This document shows, piece by piece, positions 1 through 9,067 of a stretch of 32,000 nucleotides of DNA (position 1 is the stretch's first letter; each line of letters opens with the position of its first letter). Source of the stretch: Pirellula staleyi DSM 6068. GTDB taxonomy: Bacteria > Planctomycetota > Planctomycetia > Pirellulales > Pirellulaceae. The notes below the pieces were generated by a model, which saw nothing but the letters and a program-made list of their open reading frames with translations, ran no database searches and was not told the DNA's origin. A program made the translations under genes and the position numbers. The stretch covers positions 2,700,001 through 2,732,000 of the forward strand of contig CP001848.1 in the NCBI GenBank assembly GCA_000025185.1, written 5' to 3'.

Positions 1-1465
1 TGAAGAACAAACCCCATTCCTGATAGTTGCCTTCGGTCAGTTCGTCCATGGCGGTCGAACCGACAGCTGGATAGTTCAGACCGTTGCGATCGGCGTTGAT
101 CAGATCGTCGCCCAGACCAACCCATCGGTACATGGCACCGACGTCGAGCTGTGGCAGGAGCTGATTGCGAGCCCAGATCACTTCCAGTTCGCGTTGCTTG
201 ATTTCCCAACGTTTGCCGATGAGTTCTGGTCGGCGAGCAATCGACTCGACGAGGATTTCGTTCCAGTCGAAGTTCACCTGAGCCAGGGTGGGCTCATCCT
301 TCGGACGAATCAGGCGACCATCGGTGGCCGACAGACCCATCAGCAGGCGGAGTTCGTTTTCGTTGTTGTAGAGTTCGCGGAGAGCAGCTTCGACTTGGGC
401 GCGGAAAGCAAAGTATTGTTCGCGAGCCTGTGCCTCTTGCTGAACAGGTTCGGTACCAGCTTGCCATTTGTCGTAGATGATGCGCCAGGTGACGAGCGAG
501 CTATCACGACCAACCTTCGCGGTTTCGAGGTTGCGATAAGCGAGGTAGAGATCCCAGTAGCGGGTTTCGATGTTGTTGAGCATGTCTTGCAAGTTGGCCT
601 GCAAGCTGCGGATTTCGATGTCGGTGCCGATACGAGCGATCGTCACAGGCATGCGATTGATCAGAGCACCACGACCACGGAGCAGCGGGTGACGAGCTTC
701 GACTTCGAAGGCGGTGGTCCAAGTGCTTTCGAGTGGCTGAAAGCCGAGAGGACGGGTGAAGCCGCGGCTGTAGTTCGTGACGTTACGGAAAGCGAAGGTG
801 GTGCCTTCAGCGGTCCGCTTCGAAACTTGCGAGGTGAGACCACCCGAGGTGGTTTCGACCTGTGGCAAACCGAACGCTTGTCCGGGGGGGATGTTTTGGG
901 GGCGATCGCTGTGGCTGGCGATGGCACCGTTGCCGTCGTTGCCGACCACGCTCACCTGGGCATCGAATTCCGACAGAGCAGCTTCCACACCTTGGCGAAC
1001 GCCAGCGACACCCGCGTCGGTGCTTGGTCCGCTCGCCGAGTTGCCAGGGTTGCTTTCGGTGATGGCTGGGTCGTAGGTCGAAGCAAAAGCTCGGCTCACG
1101 CTGTTGAGTGTCAGCGAGCCTTCACCCGTGCCAGCGACTAGCTGACCACTCTGCAAGCGGACAGCTGTGCCGCCGCGAATGATTTTGCTGTTGGCCAGCG
1201 AGATTGAAACCACTTCCTCGAGCGAGAGTTCCCAAATTTCTTTGAACTCGGGATTGCTCAAGGTGAGCGGCTTCTCGGCGTGCTGCACTTCCGCCAGAGG
1301 CATCTGATCGACGTCAGGATGCTCCGTTTGGGTCGCCTTGTCGAGGAAGTGCGACATGTCGCCATCCTCGTGCAGGTAGAACGGTTGCGTTGGATGGCAA
1401 CCTGTCGCCCAAATGAGGAGACCGACTAAGAAGCAACGCAGGATGTGTGTTAACGGCCGGCTCAT
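1..1465 (-). CDS. TolC-family outer membrane efflux protein, lipoprotein-type signal; 3' end runs off the window start
   Basis: Absent from the ORF track because it has no in-window stop. My minus-strand translation from ATG 1465-1463 stays open to position 2. It begins MSRPLTHILRCFLVGLLIWATGCHPTQPFYLHEDG (signal peptide with a Cys-containing lipobox-like WATGC). Later segments IETRYWDLYLAYRNLETAKVGRDS and LLPQLDVGAMYRWVGLG are typical of TolC/OEP repeats. The + ORF 194..1141 is its antisense shadow. Confidence 0.8.
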   Translation of the reverse strand, partial: MSRPLTHILRCFLVGLLIWATGCHPTQPFYLHEDGDMSHFLDKATQTEHPDVDQMPLAEVQHAEKPLTLSNPEFKEIWELSLEEVVSISLANSKIIRGGTAVRLQSGQLVAGTGEGSLTLNSVSRAFASTYDPAITESNPGNSASGPSTDAGVAGVRQGVEAALSEFDAQVSVVGNDGNGAIASHSDRPQNIPPGQAFGLPQVETTSGGLTSQVSKRTAEGTTFAFRNVTNYSRGFTRPLGFQPLESTWTTAFEVEARHPLLRGRGALINRMPVTIARIGTDIEIRSLQANLQDMLNNIETRYWDLYLAYRNLETAKVGRDSSLVTWRIIYDKWQAGTEPVQQEAQAREQYFAFRAQVEAALRELYNNENELRLLMGLSATDGRLIRPKDEPTLAQVNFDWNEILVESIARRPELIGKRWEIKQRELEVIWARNQLLPQLDVGAMYRWVGLGDDLINADRNGLNYPAVGSTAMDELTEGNYQEWGLFF

Positions 1466-2085
1466 CGATTTCGCATTCCTGAAGAGTAGCGTGCGTGAGG
1501 TAGTTCGCAGCTACAGCCGCGGGATCGGTCAGGCAAAGCCCACTGCATCGCGAGGGTCTCGCAGGCTCGCCGGGCAATCGACCTGCAACTGCTCGAGAGC
1601 AGCGGCGAGTCGTGTTGTCCGTGCGGAGTTGCTGTGAAGCACTCGCGACGATCAGTTCCAAATTGTTCAGGCCCCCCTGAACGATCCCACTGCTAGCGAG
1701 CGACTACCTAGGTAGCCTCTCTCTGGGCATAGAAATCGGTAGCCTCAATATCGTCCTCCTAACCGGCAAACTTTGAGGAAACGTCATAATCCGAATAGTT
1801 TTCTGGATCGGTAAAGTTTGCGCAGATTTCCTGGTTGGGGGCTCGAAGTTGGGTTTGCGAGGTCTGCAAAGAATGGGTGGATAGCGGGTGCTCGCTTGGC
1901 GTGCAAACGGGCTGATTGGCCCGTCGATCCTTGCGAGCACTAATGAAAGTGGCTTCTACAAAAAAGTGAAGCCATGGGCCATGTCGAACGCCAGCTGGCC
2001 AGAAAGCTTTAGGCAGAGGTGCTAGCTGCCGCCATGCGATGCTGCTTGAGAGAAGCTGGCGGCTGTGGCTGCTAGCGGTGAAAGC

Positions 2086-2571
2086 CTACAAGTACATTCC
2101 GACGTAGCCGCCGGTTTGCTCGGTTTGGGCTTCGAGCTTGGCAATGCGATCCTTGGCCTTCTGCAGGTCACCAGCTTCGATGTAGCGGTTGAACTCGTAC
2201 TTCACCGCCTGGACGACGGAGCCTTCCATCCAGTCGACGACAGGCTGAGTGAGCCAGTCGACGGTTTCGCGAATCAGTTCGATCTGCAGATCAGCCCGCT
2301 CGGTCTTGAGGTCGGTCTGATCGGTGATGACCGTTCCTTCGAACGTGTATTCCATCATGCCGAACTGTGGGTCGTTCGTGAGATGAAAGCGGCACTGGGC
2401 GTTGTAGAGATAGTAGGTGTTGTGCGAGCCATGTTTTTCGAAAGCTGCTTTCAGCCGCTCGCAGCGGGCGCGATACTTCGGTGAAGCGTCGATCGGAATA
2501 TCGAGCCGAGCCACGGTGCGAAGTGGCAAGCAGTCGAACGTAATTTCTACCCAGCGGTCCATCGGCGGCAT
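2086..2571 (-). CDS. hypothetical cytoplasmic protein, 161 aa, no family recognised
   Basis: The ORF has balanced, protein-like composition (MPPMDRWVEITFDCLPLRTVARLDIP...AKLEAQTEQTGGYVGMYL). An alternative ATG at 2562 has AAGGA about 9 nt upstream, so the start could be 2562. It has its own upstream spacer after a terminator at 2655..2693. Confidence 0.7.
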   Translation of the reverse strand: MPPMDRWVEITFDCLPLRTVARLDIPIDASPKYRARCERLKAAFEKHGSHNTYYLYNAQCRFHLTNDPQFGMMEYTFEGTVITDQTDLKTERADLQIELIRETVDWLTQPVVDWMEGSVVQAVKYEFNRYIEAGDLQKAKDRIAKLEAQTEQTGGYVGMYL

Positions 2572-2654
2572 TCCTTCGAAGCAGCAGTCCCGCAGGCCTT
2601 GAGGCGTGAGACCGATTAATAGTTCCGAGGCTGTTTTCGGTTAGCCATGTAGCC

Positions 2655-2693
2655 ACAAAAATAGCCAGCGAGCTTGGTGGGGCTCACTGGCTA
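2655..2693 (-). terminator. intrinsic terminator downstream of the 2770..4731 gene
   Basis: On the minus-strand RNA: UAGCCAGUGAGC CCCACCAA GCUCGCUGGCUA followed by UUUUUGUGG. The stem is 12 bp, and its single imperfection is a G.U on the minus strand but a C.A mismatch on the plus strand. The 5-U tract abuts the stem. It lies about 77 nt past the stop codon. Confidence 0.6.
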
Positions 2694-2769
2694 CTATTGT
2701 TGAGCGACTTTCTGCCTGAATCAACCCGAGCGCTGTGGAATCAAGCTCGGCGCTGAGAGCACGGCAGCA

Positions 2770-4731
2770 CTAGTTGGCGGCCACCGCTTCCGACGTAGTG
2801 GTGGCGGTGGTTGAAACTTCGTCGACTGCGGGCAACTGGGCAGCGACTGGCTTGGTTTCGGCAGCGGGAGTGGTTTCAGCAGCAGCTGGCAGATTCCAGC
2901 CGAGCGAGAGCCAGCCACCTTCCATTTTCAGTTCTTCGAGAGCGAGCTTCCCCGCTTTTTCCCAGCGTCCCTTGAGAGCGATTCCTTCGGAAGTGAAGTC
3001 CTGTTTGAACATCGCTTCGAATTTGCGTCGCAGGAAGGTTTTGAATGCAACTTGGGTTGGTCCCAGACGATCGCGGCCGAGGAAGGTGACTTCCACATCC
3101 CCTTGGCGAGTCAGTTTGGTCCCTTTCTCAGACTTTTCCACCTTATAGATGGCGGAGATCTCGATGGGCTCCGAGAACTTTTGATCGCCGCGGGTGAAGC
3201 GAGTGCCACGAATGGCCAACTTCAGGGCTTCGGTCGAAAACGTGGCACGAACCGGAGTCGCTTCGGCGAACGTGATCGACCATGGATCTTTGTCTTCGGT
3301 GATCTGCAGTTCTTCAGGAACTTCGGATTTGAGTTCGTCGGTGATGATTTCGACGAGCATTTCGTCGGTTAGCGTGACGCCACCGAGAACCGCTTCGCCG
3401 AAGTTGGTGACTACTGATTCGTGAGCAGCGACGGCTACGTCGTAGTCTGCTCCAGGAGCCGGAGCGGCTGTCGGAGCTCCGACTTGGCCTTTGCCGACTT
3501 GCTGGATCTTGGCGACGGCTCGATCCTTGAGGGTCGAGAACTGGAGTTTCTGAGGAAAACCGCCGCGACGTGTGAGTGGCTTGCGGAAGCGATTAATGAA
3601 CTTGTCGTTGTTTTCGGCGACGGTTTTCGAAGCCTGGTCGTTCATCTGGGCTTCGATGCGATCTTCAGCGTGGGCCGAAGCGATGGCTTCGCCTTGCGAC
3701 TTCTTCTTGTAGGCCTGCTTCCAGCCGATCTTTTCGACCAGATTGCACTTGGCACAAAGTCCGGTGAACGTGGTGCTGGTGGTGCAGCAGGCGGAGGCGA
3801 GTTCGTTACAGAGACCGGCGTCGGTCATGGTGAGGGTCGTGGTGGCCTTCACATTGGTAACACCGGTGCTCCAGATCGTAACGGGGCCGTTGTAGCCGAC
3901 GTTGTTCGAGGTGGCGGTGCCATCGAGATGAATCGCCATCTTGGCCGAGCTGTCGCTGGGGATAAACTCGAGCGAGGTTTTACCTTGCAGGCGAGCGGTA
4001 CCAACGATGTTGGTGCCGAGGATCACGTCGCGGACAGGGGTGACGCGATCGACCGGTTCTTCGATGCCGGCTGCGGCAAAACGCTTGGAAACCGAGGCGA
4101 CCAGATTCGTTTCGCTCAGCGAGGTTTGGATCAAGGCGACAAGTTTGGCATCTTGTCCACAAGCTTCGAGCCAGCCGAGGATTTGGCCAATTTCGAGTGC
4201 CAAGTCGGTGGTGGGAGCGGTTTTATAGGTCGCCAGGATCTCGCCGAGGCGGGTCATCTTGGCGGCATAGGTTTCGGCGAGCTTGGGATCGGCAGCGGCT
4301 GCCGAGAGGGCGGCGTAGTGGACCAGCGCGTCGCGGACAGCCGACATCGTGGGGCGTTCGATCCCCGGTTTGTTCGACTTGAATTTCGACAGCACCAGCG
4401 ACACATCGTCGGCTTTGGGAGCGGCGTCGCTCGTGGTGATGGCGGTGAGGGTTGGCCATTCGAGAAACGTGCGCCACTGGTCGCCGTTAGCCTTTCCGCT
4501 GGTGTCCAGCAGGGGGCTGAGGGTCTTCATGGCACCGATTAGCGATTTTTTTGCAGCGGCGACATGTTCGGCCGTGATAGGGACAAATTTGTCCTTGGCG
4601 GCAGCAACTTCGGCCACGAGGTCAGGAGGAGAGGTCTCAGCAGCGAGGGCCGAAACGGAGTTCAGTGCAATCAGAAATCCACCGAGGATTGCCAGCAAGT
4701 GGGCGAGAGAGGTTCGCTTGGCAATACGCAT
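2770..4731 (-). CDS. secreted hypothetical protein, about 653 aa
   Basis: The long ORF is 2770..4830. I place the start at ATG 4731 (MRIAKRTSLAHLLAILGGFLIALNSVSALAAE, a clear signal peptide) because AAGGAG (4741..4746, minus) lies 9 nt upstream. It has a Thr/Ala-rich C-terminal tail. No family recognised. Confidence 0.8.
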   Translation of the reverse strand: MRIAKRTSLAHLLAILGGFLIALNSVSALAAETSPPDLVAEVAAAKDKFVPITAEHVAAAKKSLIGAMKTLSPLLDTSGKANGDQWRTFLEWPTLTAITTSDAAPKADDVSLVLSKFKSNKPGIERPTMSAVRDALVHYAALSAAAADPKLAETYAAKMTRLGEILATYKTAPTTDLALEIGQILGWLEACGQDAKLVALIQTSLSETNLVASVSKRFAAAGIEEPVDRVTPVRDVILGTNIVGTARLQGKTSLEFIPSDSSAKMAIHLDGTATSNNVGYNGPVTIWSTGVTNVKATTTLTMTDAGLCNELASACCTTSTTFTGLCAKCNLVEKIGWKQAYKKKSQGEAIASAHAEDRIEAQMNDQASKTVAENNDKFINRFRKPLTRRGGFPQKLQFSTLKDRAVAKIQQVGKGQVGAPTAAPAPGADYDVAVAAHESVVTNFGEAVLGGVTLTDEMLVEIITDELKSEVPEELQITEDKDPWSITFAEATPVRATFSTEALKLAIRGTRFTRGDQKFSEPIEISAIYKVEKSEKGTKLTRQGDVEVTFLGRDRLGPTQVAFKTFLRRKFEAMFKQDFTSEGIALKGRWEKAGKLALEELKMEGGWLSLGWNLPAAAETTPAAETKPVAAQLPAVDEVSTTATTTSEAVAAN

Positions 4732-5098
4732 GTTGTTACGCTCCTTGTACTTAGGAATGCAGGTCCGCAAAAGTCCAGCTGCGGAAATGGGACCAGGCAC
4801 CCTCGATGAAAATGGCAGGTGAGCACGCACGACAGAAGTTCCGTCGCGGCGCTAGCTTGCTGCACAAACATGGTGCACGAACTAGTTCCACTCAAGTGCC
4901 TATCTTCCGTGGAGTCTCCTTTTTATGCAAGCCGAACAATCCTAATTATCGCGCTAGTTGACGCTAGCACTACCGCCTACCTATTGTGAAGCAGCGTTTT
5001 GTCGGCGGATTTCTCTCTAGTTTGCCCAGCTTCTGATCACGCGGGTGGCGCGAGATTGGCCTTACGGGCTTCCTGCAGTTAGAGACGGAGATCGAGCA

Positions 5099-6040
5099 AT
5101 GGCGAAAGTCTGTTTCTTGGGTGGTGGTTTTGGGGTGAAGCAGTTCCTGAAGAGTGGGAGACTATTTAGCTGGGTAGGCGCGGCGGCGATGACACTCGCA
5201 CTTTTTTCCGCAGTTCCGCTCCGAGGGGACGAGCCTGAACAGCCGGCGATGCCGATCACTTGGAGGAGTGAATATCGAGATTCAATGGACCTGGCACGCA
5301 CCGATGGAAAAATGATGCTGCTTTGGTTCTACGACAAAGAAAAGGAAGCCGACTCGCGGAAATGGGAGCAGGAAGTGCTGGAATCGAAGAAGATTCGGCC
5401 ACTGCTCGATGAAATGGTGCTCGTGCGGGTTCCGACCGATCTGGAAGTCTCGATCAGCGGCACGAAACAAAAACTGCTGCACCACGTGGCGTTTGCGGAG
5501 ATGCTCCGCCATCCTGGGCTAGCGATGATCGACATGCGGAGGAAGGATAGTCCGTTTTATGGACTCGTCGTCACGGTCTTTCCGTTCAACCGAGGCCCGA
5601 TCGATGCCGAGAAACTGGAAGTGCTGCTGACACTCCCCGCCGGATCACTCACGCAGCGAACGATGATCTATGCCGTGCGGACGCATCGCGAGCGCCCTGA
5701 AAGCGCGAGTAGCGACACCAGTCATTTGCTCCTCGAGGAGACGCGAAAGCACAGCTTCCATCAAGCGAGCATCAATCTCCAAGGACATCACAACTGGGAG
5801 AACCGGTTTCATCAAATTAATGCGCAACTGCCCGCAGGACTGGTAGCAACGGAAGTTTGCGCGGAAAGTTGGCCCGGCCAAACGCTCGTCGAAGCGGCTG
5901 AAGAGTGCGTTCATAGCTGGCGACAGTCGCCTGGGCACTGGAGTTCAGTGCGCGAACGCCATCCCCTGTTTGGGTTCGATATCAAACGGGGACGCAACGG
6001 TGTGTGGTACGCCACCGGTATCTTCGCCAAGCGTCACTAA
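5099..6040 (+). CDS. secreted fusion protein: Cys-less thioredoxin-like fold plus C-terminal CAP/SCP (YkwD-like) domain
   Basis: I chose ATG 5099 (GGAGA 9 nt upstream) over GTG 5045; the signal peptide is GRLFSWVGAAAMTLALFSAVPL. The N-terminal part GKMMLLWFYDKEKEADSRKWEQEVL...VLVRVP resembles thioredoxin_7/DUF255-type folds but lacks CxxC. The C-terminal part GHHNWENRF...ATEVCAESWPGQ...ECVHSWRQSPGHWSSV...GVWYATGIFA matches the CAP pattern GENIA...W..S.GH..N...yW...F. Confidence 0.75.
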   Translation: MAKVCFLGGGFGVKQFLKSGRLFSWVGAAAMTLALFSAVPLRGDEPEQPAMPITWRSEYRDSMDLARTDGKMMLLWFYDKEKEADSRKWEQEVLESKKIRPLLDEMVLVRVPTDLEVSISGTKQKLLHHVAFAEMLRHPGLAMIDMRRKDSPFYGLVVTVFPFNRGPIDAEKLEVLLTLPAGSLTQRTMIYAVRTHRERPESASSDTSHLLLEETRKHSFHQASINLQGHHNWENRFHQINAQLPAGLVATEVCAESWPGQTLVEAAEECVHSWRQSPGHWSSVRERHPLFGFDIKRGRNGVWYATGIFAKRH

Positions 6041-6069
6041 GTCGCCCGGTCGACGATACGATCGTTACA

Positions 6070-6101
6070 ACGCGCACCATCTACGTGCGCGTGATGCTTT
6101 T
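6070..6101 (+). terminator. candidate intrinsic terminator after the CAP-domain gene
   Basis: A perfect 8-bp GC-rich stem (acgcgcac / gtgcgcgt, 6070..6092) with a 7-nt loop. A cTTTTcc tract starts 5 nt after the stem. It begins 30 nt past the stop at 6040. Confidence 0.4.
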
Positions 6102-6240
6102 CCTCACCGGAAGGTGTTGCGTTTTTGCTACATGTCGCCAAGAGCGTGCTAGGTTTTAGCGGATAGAGTGCCCGATCATCCTGCGCACAGGTATTGCGCC
6201 GTGACGATTGCGACAGCTATCCACTGGAACTGCTGCCGCC

Positions 6241-8958
6241 ATGGATCGCGTCGCTCATTCACGAATCGCCATCGGGCTGGGGCTTTTGTGCCTCTGCTGG
6301 GGCGGCGGATGCGCGAGAGTGCAGGTTCCGGCCATCGATCCCACAGGGGCCAGTATCTTTTCCGGACAATCGACCACGCTGGCACCCTTTGATGGCCCGC
6401 TGGCCCGCTGGCATCGTGAAAAACATGCCGCCAATCAGGGGCTTGCAAGTGCTCCCATCGGGCAAGCTCCCCAAGCACCTTGCAATCCGCCGCTGGTGGC
6501 TGGTCCACCCGGCATGCAGCCGCCACTCCCTCAGCAGTTAGTGGTGCAGCCTTGTGGGGCGCCGCTGCCGGTGGCTCCACCGATTGCTGCTCCCAGCACC
6601 TGTCAGCCGCGAGAGTTGCCCCCGCCACCTGCCAGTTCGTTTGCACCGTCGTGCAACGAGAAGGGGATGCCCAAATCGCCGCAACTGCTCATCACTCCCC
6701 AGCGAATCGTGGCCCCGGTTTGCAGTGAAGTGCTGCTGGCCGCTGGCATCTGTGGTCCCGAGGGATACTATGTCACGCGCCGTCCGATCGAGTGGATGGT
6801 GGCCCAGGATGGCGTGGGGCAGATCGTGGCGATTGGTAAAGAGAGTCCTCTCGGCGTCTCGCATTTGCTGCGTGGTTCGCCCGACAAACTGGGGACCAAC
6901 TTCGCACTGGCACACACGTCGACCATTGCTCAGTGCATCGACAAAGGGACTCCCGACCCGAGCGACGATGTGAATCTCGGCAAGGGACAAAGCTGGATCA
7001 GTGTCACGAGCCCCACCGAGGGGACGTCGTACGTGACGGTGGTCGCTCCGAAAGAACATTCGTGGGAAACACGCCGCGCAACGGCCACCATCTACTGGAT
7101 CGATGCCAAGTGGACCCTGCCGAGTTGCCGCTTCGCACGGGCTGGTGAGAAGCAGGTTCTGACGACCGTCGTGAAGCGAAAAAATGGGGACCCGGTGGTC
7201 GGCTGGACCGTGCGCTACGAAGTGCTCGAAGGGCCGGAGTCCGACATCGGCGCGATGAATCAGCGCAGTATTGAAGTGAAAACCAACGAGCGGGGCGAAG
7301 CGACTACCGAACTGCTGCCCCGCAGTGTCACCCCTGGCATCACCACGGTCGGCGTGCAGATCATTCGCCCACAAAGTGTGCGCGGCGATCTGCCACAAAT
7401 GGTGGTGGGACAAGGTGTCGCCGCGATTCGCTGGAGCGCTCCCGGTCTGGTGGTTCATTCGGTAGGACCCAGCACGGTCGAGGCTGACGGCGCAATCAGC
7501 TACCGCGTCGAAGTGGCCAACACCGGCGATATCCCCAGCCCCGGGGTCACCCTCAGCTATACACCACCACCAGGTTTGACCGTGCTCAACAGCACGCCCG
7601 CTGCACAGCCGTTTGGTCAGCGACTCGAATGGCGTTTGGGAGATCTTCCGCCCGGTGGAGCGGCGGCGATCGAAATCAACTGCCGCGCGACACGAACAGC
7701 CGACATTCGCAGCACCTTCGACGCTCGCAACAGTGCTGGACTCACCGCACAAAGCAGCGTGTCGACACGCATTGTCGCCTCGGCTCTTTCGGTTGTGATG
7801 ACCGGTCCGGAATCGGTTGAAGTGGGTGGAACGGCCCAGTTCCGTGTCGAGGTGACTAACACCAGCAGCGCACCACTCACCAACGTTACGATCACCGATA
7901 ATTTCCCACCAGGTTTGGCCCATAGCGAACGTCAGCCGAGTCCGATTGTCCGCACGCTGGGGACACTCGAGCCGGGGCAAACAGGCCGTTTTGCAGTCAC
8001 GTTCGTGGTGCTTCAGCCAGGGCAGCACTGCCATCGACTCGATGTCACGGCCGACAACACCACGGGGGCGAGTACGCGCGGCTGTGTGACTGGCGTTGCC
8101 CCAGCCGCTGCTCCGCCGACCTTGTCGCTTCGCATGGATGGCCCTTCAGCGCTCGAAGTCGATCAGGCGGGAAGTTACACCGTTGATGTGTCGAACACCG
8201 GCAGCTCGAAAGCGACGAGCGTAATCGTGCGACTCGAATTCTCGACATCGCTGGCCCCGCGTGAGGCGACCGGTGGACGACTCGAACAGCCGGGCCAACC
8301 AGGGCTGACGTGGCAACTGGCCGAGATCAATCCTGGTGAAACAGTCCGTCTGCGCGTGAATTGTCAGGGACTGGCTGCCGATCAGCGAGCTGTGGTGAAA
8401 GCGACGGTGCAGAGCCGCGAAACGGTCTCCAAAATCGAAGAGTACGGCACACGTATTTCCGCTCGTGCTCCGGCTGTGCCAGCTCCTGTGCCGCCACGCA
8501 ATCCCGATCCAGCACCGGCCCCAGCGCTCCCGGCCCGACCAGCACCAGCCATTCCGGCAGAACCTGCTGCGGGAACCTTGCGTGTAACGATCGCCGAAAC
8601 TGCCGACCCGATCCAAGAGGGACGCAACACCACCTACTTGATCGTTTTGCGGAACGAACGAACGGTTGCCGATCGGGATGTCACCCTCACGATCGTGGCG
8701 AGCGAAGGACTCAAGATCGTCGGCATTGCCGGACCCACGCGCGAAGTGGGGGTCACCCCGGATGGTCGTCAGGCCGAGCTGTCACCGATTGCAGAAATGC
8801 GAGCCGGGGAACAGCTCCCTGCCTATCGCATCGAAGTGCAAGGGACCCGTCCCGGTCGTCAGGTGTTTCGTGTCCTGGTGCAAAGTGCGCGCGACACCGC
8901 AGGTCAGACCGTAGAGGTCGAAACGACCGTGAACATGGCGAGTGGGCTTCGTCCCTAA
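6241..8958 (+). CDS. large surface/periplasmic protein with repeated DUF11-type (conserved repeat) domains
   Basis: The first ATG at 6241 gives MDRVAHSRIAIGLGLLCLCWGGGCARV, a signal peptide with Cys (possible lipoprotein). At least four repeats carry the DUF11 signature: EVANTGDIPSPGVTLSYTPPPGLTVL, VEVTNTSSAPLTNVTITDNFPPGLAH, VDVSNTGSSKATSVIVRLEFSTSLAP and LIVLRNERTVADRDVTLTIVASEGLKIV. A Pro/Ala-rich linker lies at about 8460..8580. Confidence 0.85.
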   Translation: MDRVAHSRIAIGLGLLCLCWGGGCARVQVPAIDPTGASIFSGQSTTLAPFDGPLARWHREKHAANQGLASAPIGQAPQAPCNPPLVAGPPGMQPPLPQQLVVQPCGAPLPVAPPIAAPSTCQPRELPPPPASSFAPSCNEKGMPKSPQLLITPQRIVAPVCSEVLLAAGICGPEGYYVTRRPIEWMVAQDGVGQIVAIGKESPLGVSHLLRGSPDKLGTNFALAHTSTIAQCIDKGTPDPSDDVNLGKGQSWISVTSPTEGTSYVTVVAPKEHSWETRRATATIYWIDAKWTLPSCRFARAGEKQVLTTVVKRKNGDPVVGWTVRYEVLEGPESDIGAMNQRSIEVKTNERGEATTELLPRSVTPGITTVGVQIIRPQSVRGDLPQMVVGQGVAAIRWSAPGLVVHSVGPSTVEADGAISYRVEVANTGDIPSPGVTLSYTPPPGLTVLNSTPAAQPFGQRLEWRLGDLPPGGAAAIEINCRATRTADIRSTFDARNSAGLTAQSSVSTRIVASALSVVMTGPESVEVGGTAQFRVEVTNTSSAPLTNVTITDNFPPGLAHSERQPSPIVRTLGTLEPGQTGRFAVTFVVLQPGQHCHRLDVTADNTTGASTRGCVTGVAPAAAPPTLSLRMDGPSALEVDQAGSYTVDVSNTGSSKATSVIVRLEFSTSLAPREATGGRLEQPGQPGLTWQLAEINPGETVRLRVNCQGLAADQRAVVKATVQSRETVSKIEEYGTRISARAPAVPAPVPPRNPDPAPAPALPARPAPAIPAEPAAGTLRVTIAETADPIQEGRNTTYLIVLRNERTVADRDVTLTIVASEGLKIVGIAGPTREVGVTPDGRQAELSPIAEMRAGEQLPAYRIEVQGTRPGRQVFRVLVQSARDTAGQTVEVETTVNMASGLRP

Positions 8959-9067
8959 AGCGCGATGCGTCCAACGTCTACGCTGTGTGGATGTTCATGC
9001 AGCGTGATTTGCACTACGTTCAAAGCAGGTTCCTCTCCCACGCTCTTCAGGCAGGTTGAGCACACTG

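Noticed and set aside
194-1141. 315-aa + strand ORF
   Set aside because: It is an antisense shadow of the TolC-family gene. Its composition (Val/Gly/Ala/Arg-rich, no motifs) is typical of the opposite strand of a GC-rich gene, and the minus-strand frame gives a coherent OMP sequence.
1704-1940. 78-aa minus-strand ORF in the long spacer
   Set aside because: It is Arg/Pro-rich with no start context, and lies in a region better explained as non-coding leader or promoter.
3421-4542. 373-aa + strand ORF
   Set aside because: It is an antisense shadow of the secreted-protein gene 2770..4731, Gly/Arg/Asp-rich with no domain-like content.
6538-8034. 498-aa minus-strand ORF
   Set aside because: It is an antisense shadow of the DUF11-repeat gene, very rich in Arg, His and Gly. 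The + frame shows clear repeated domain signatures.
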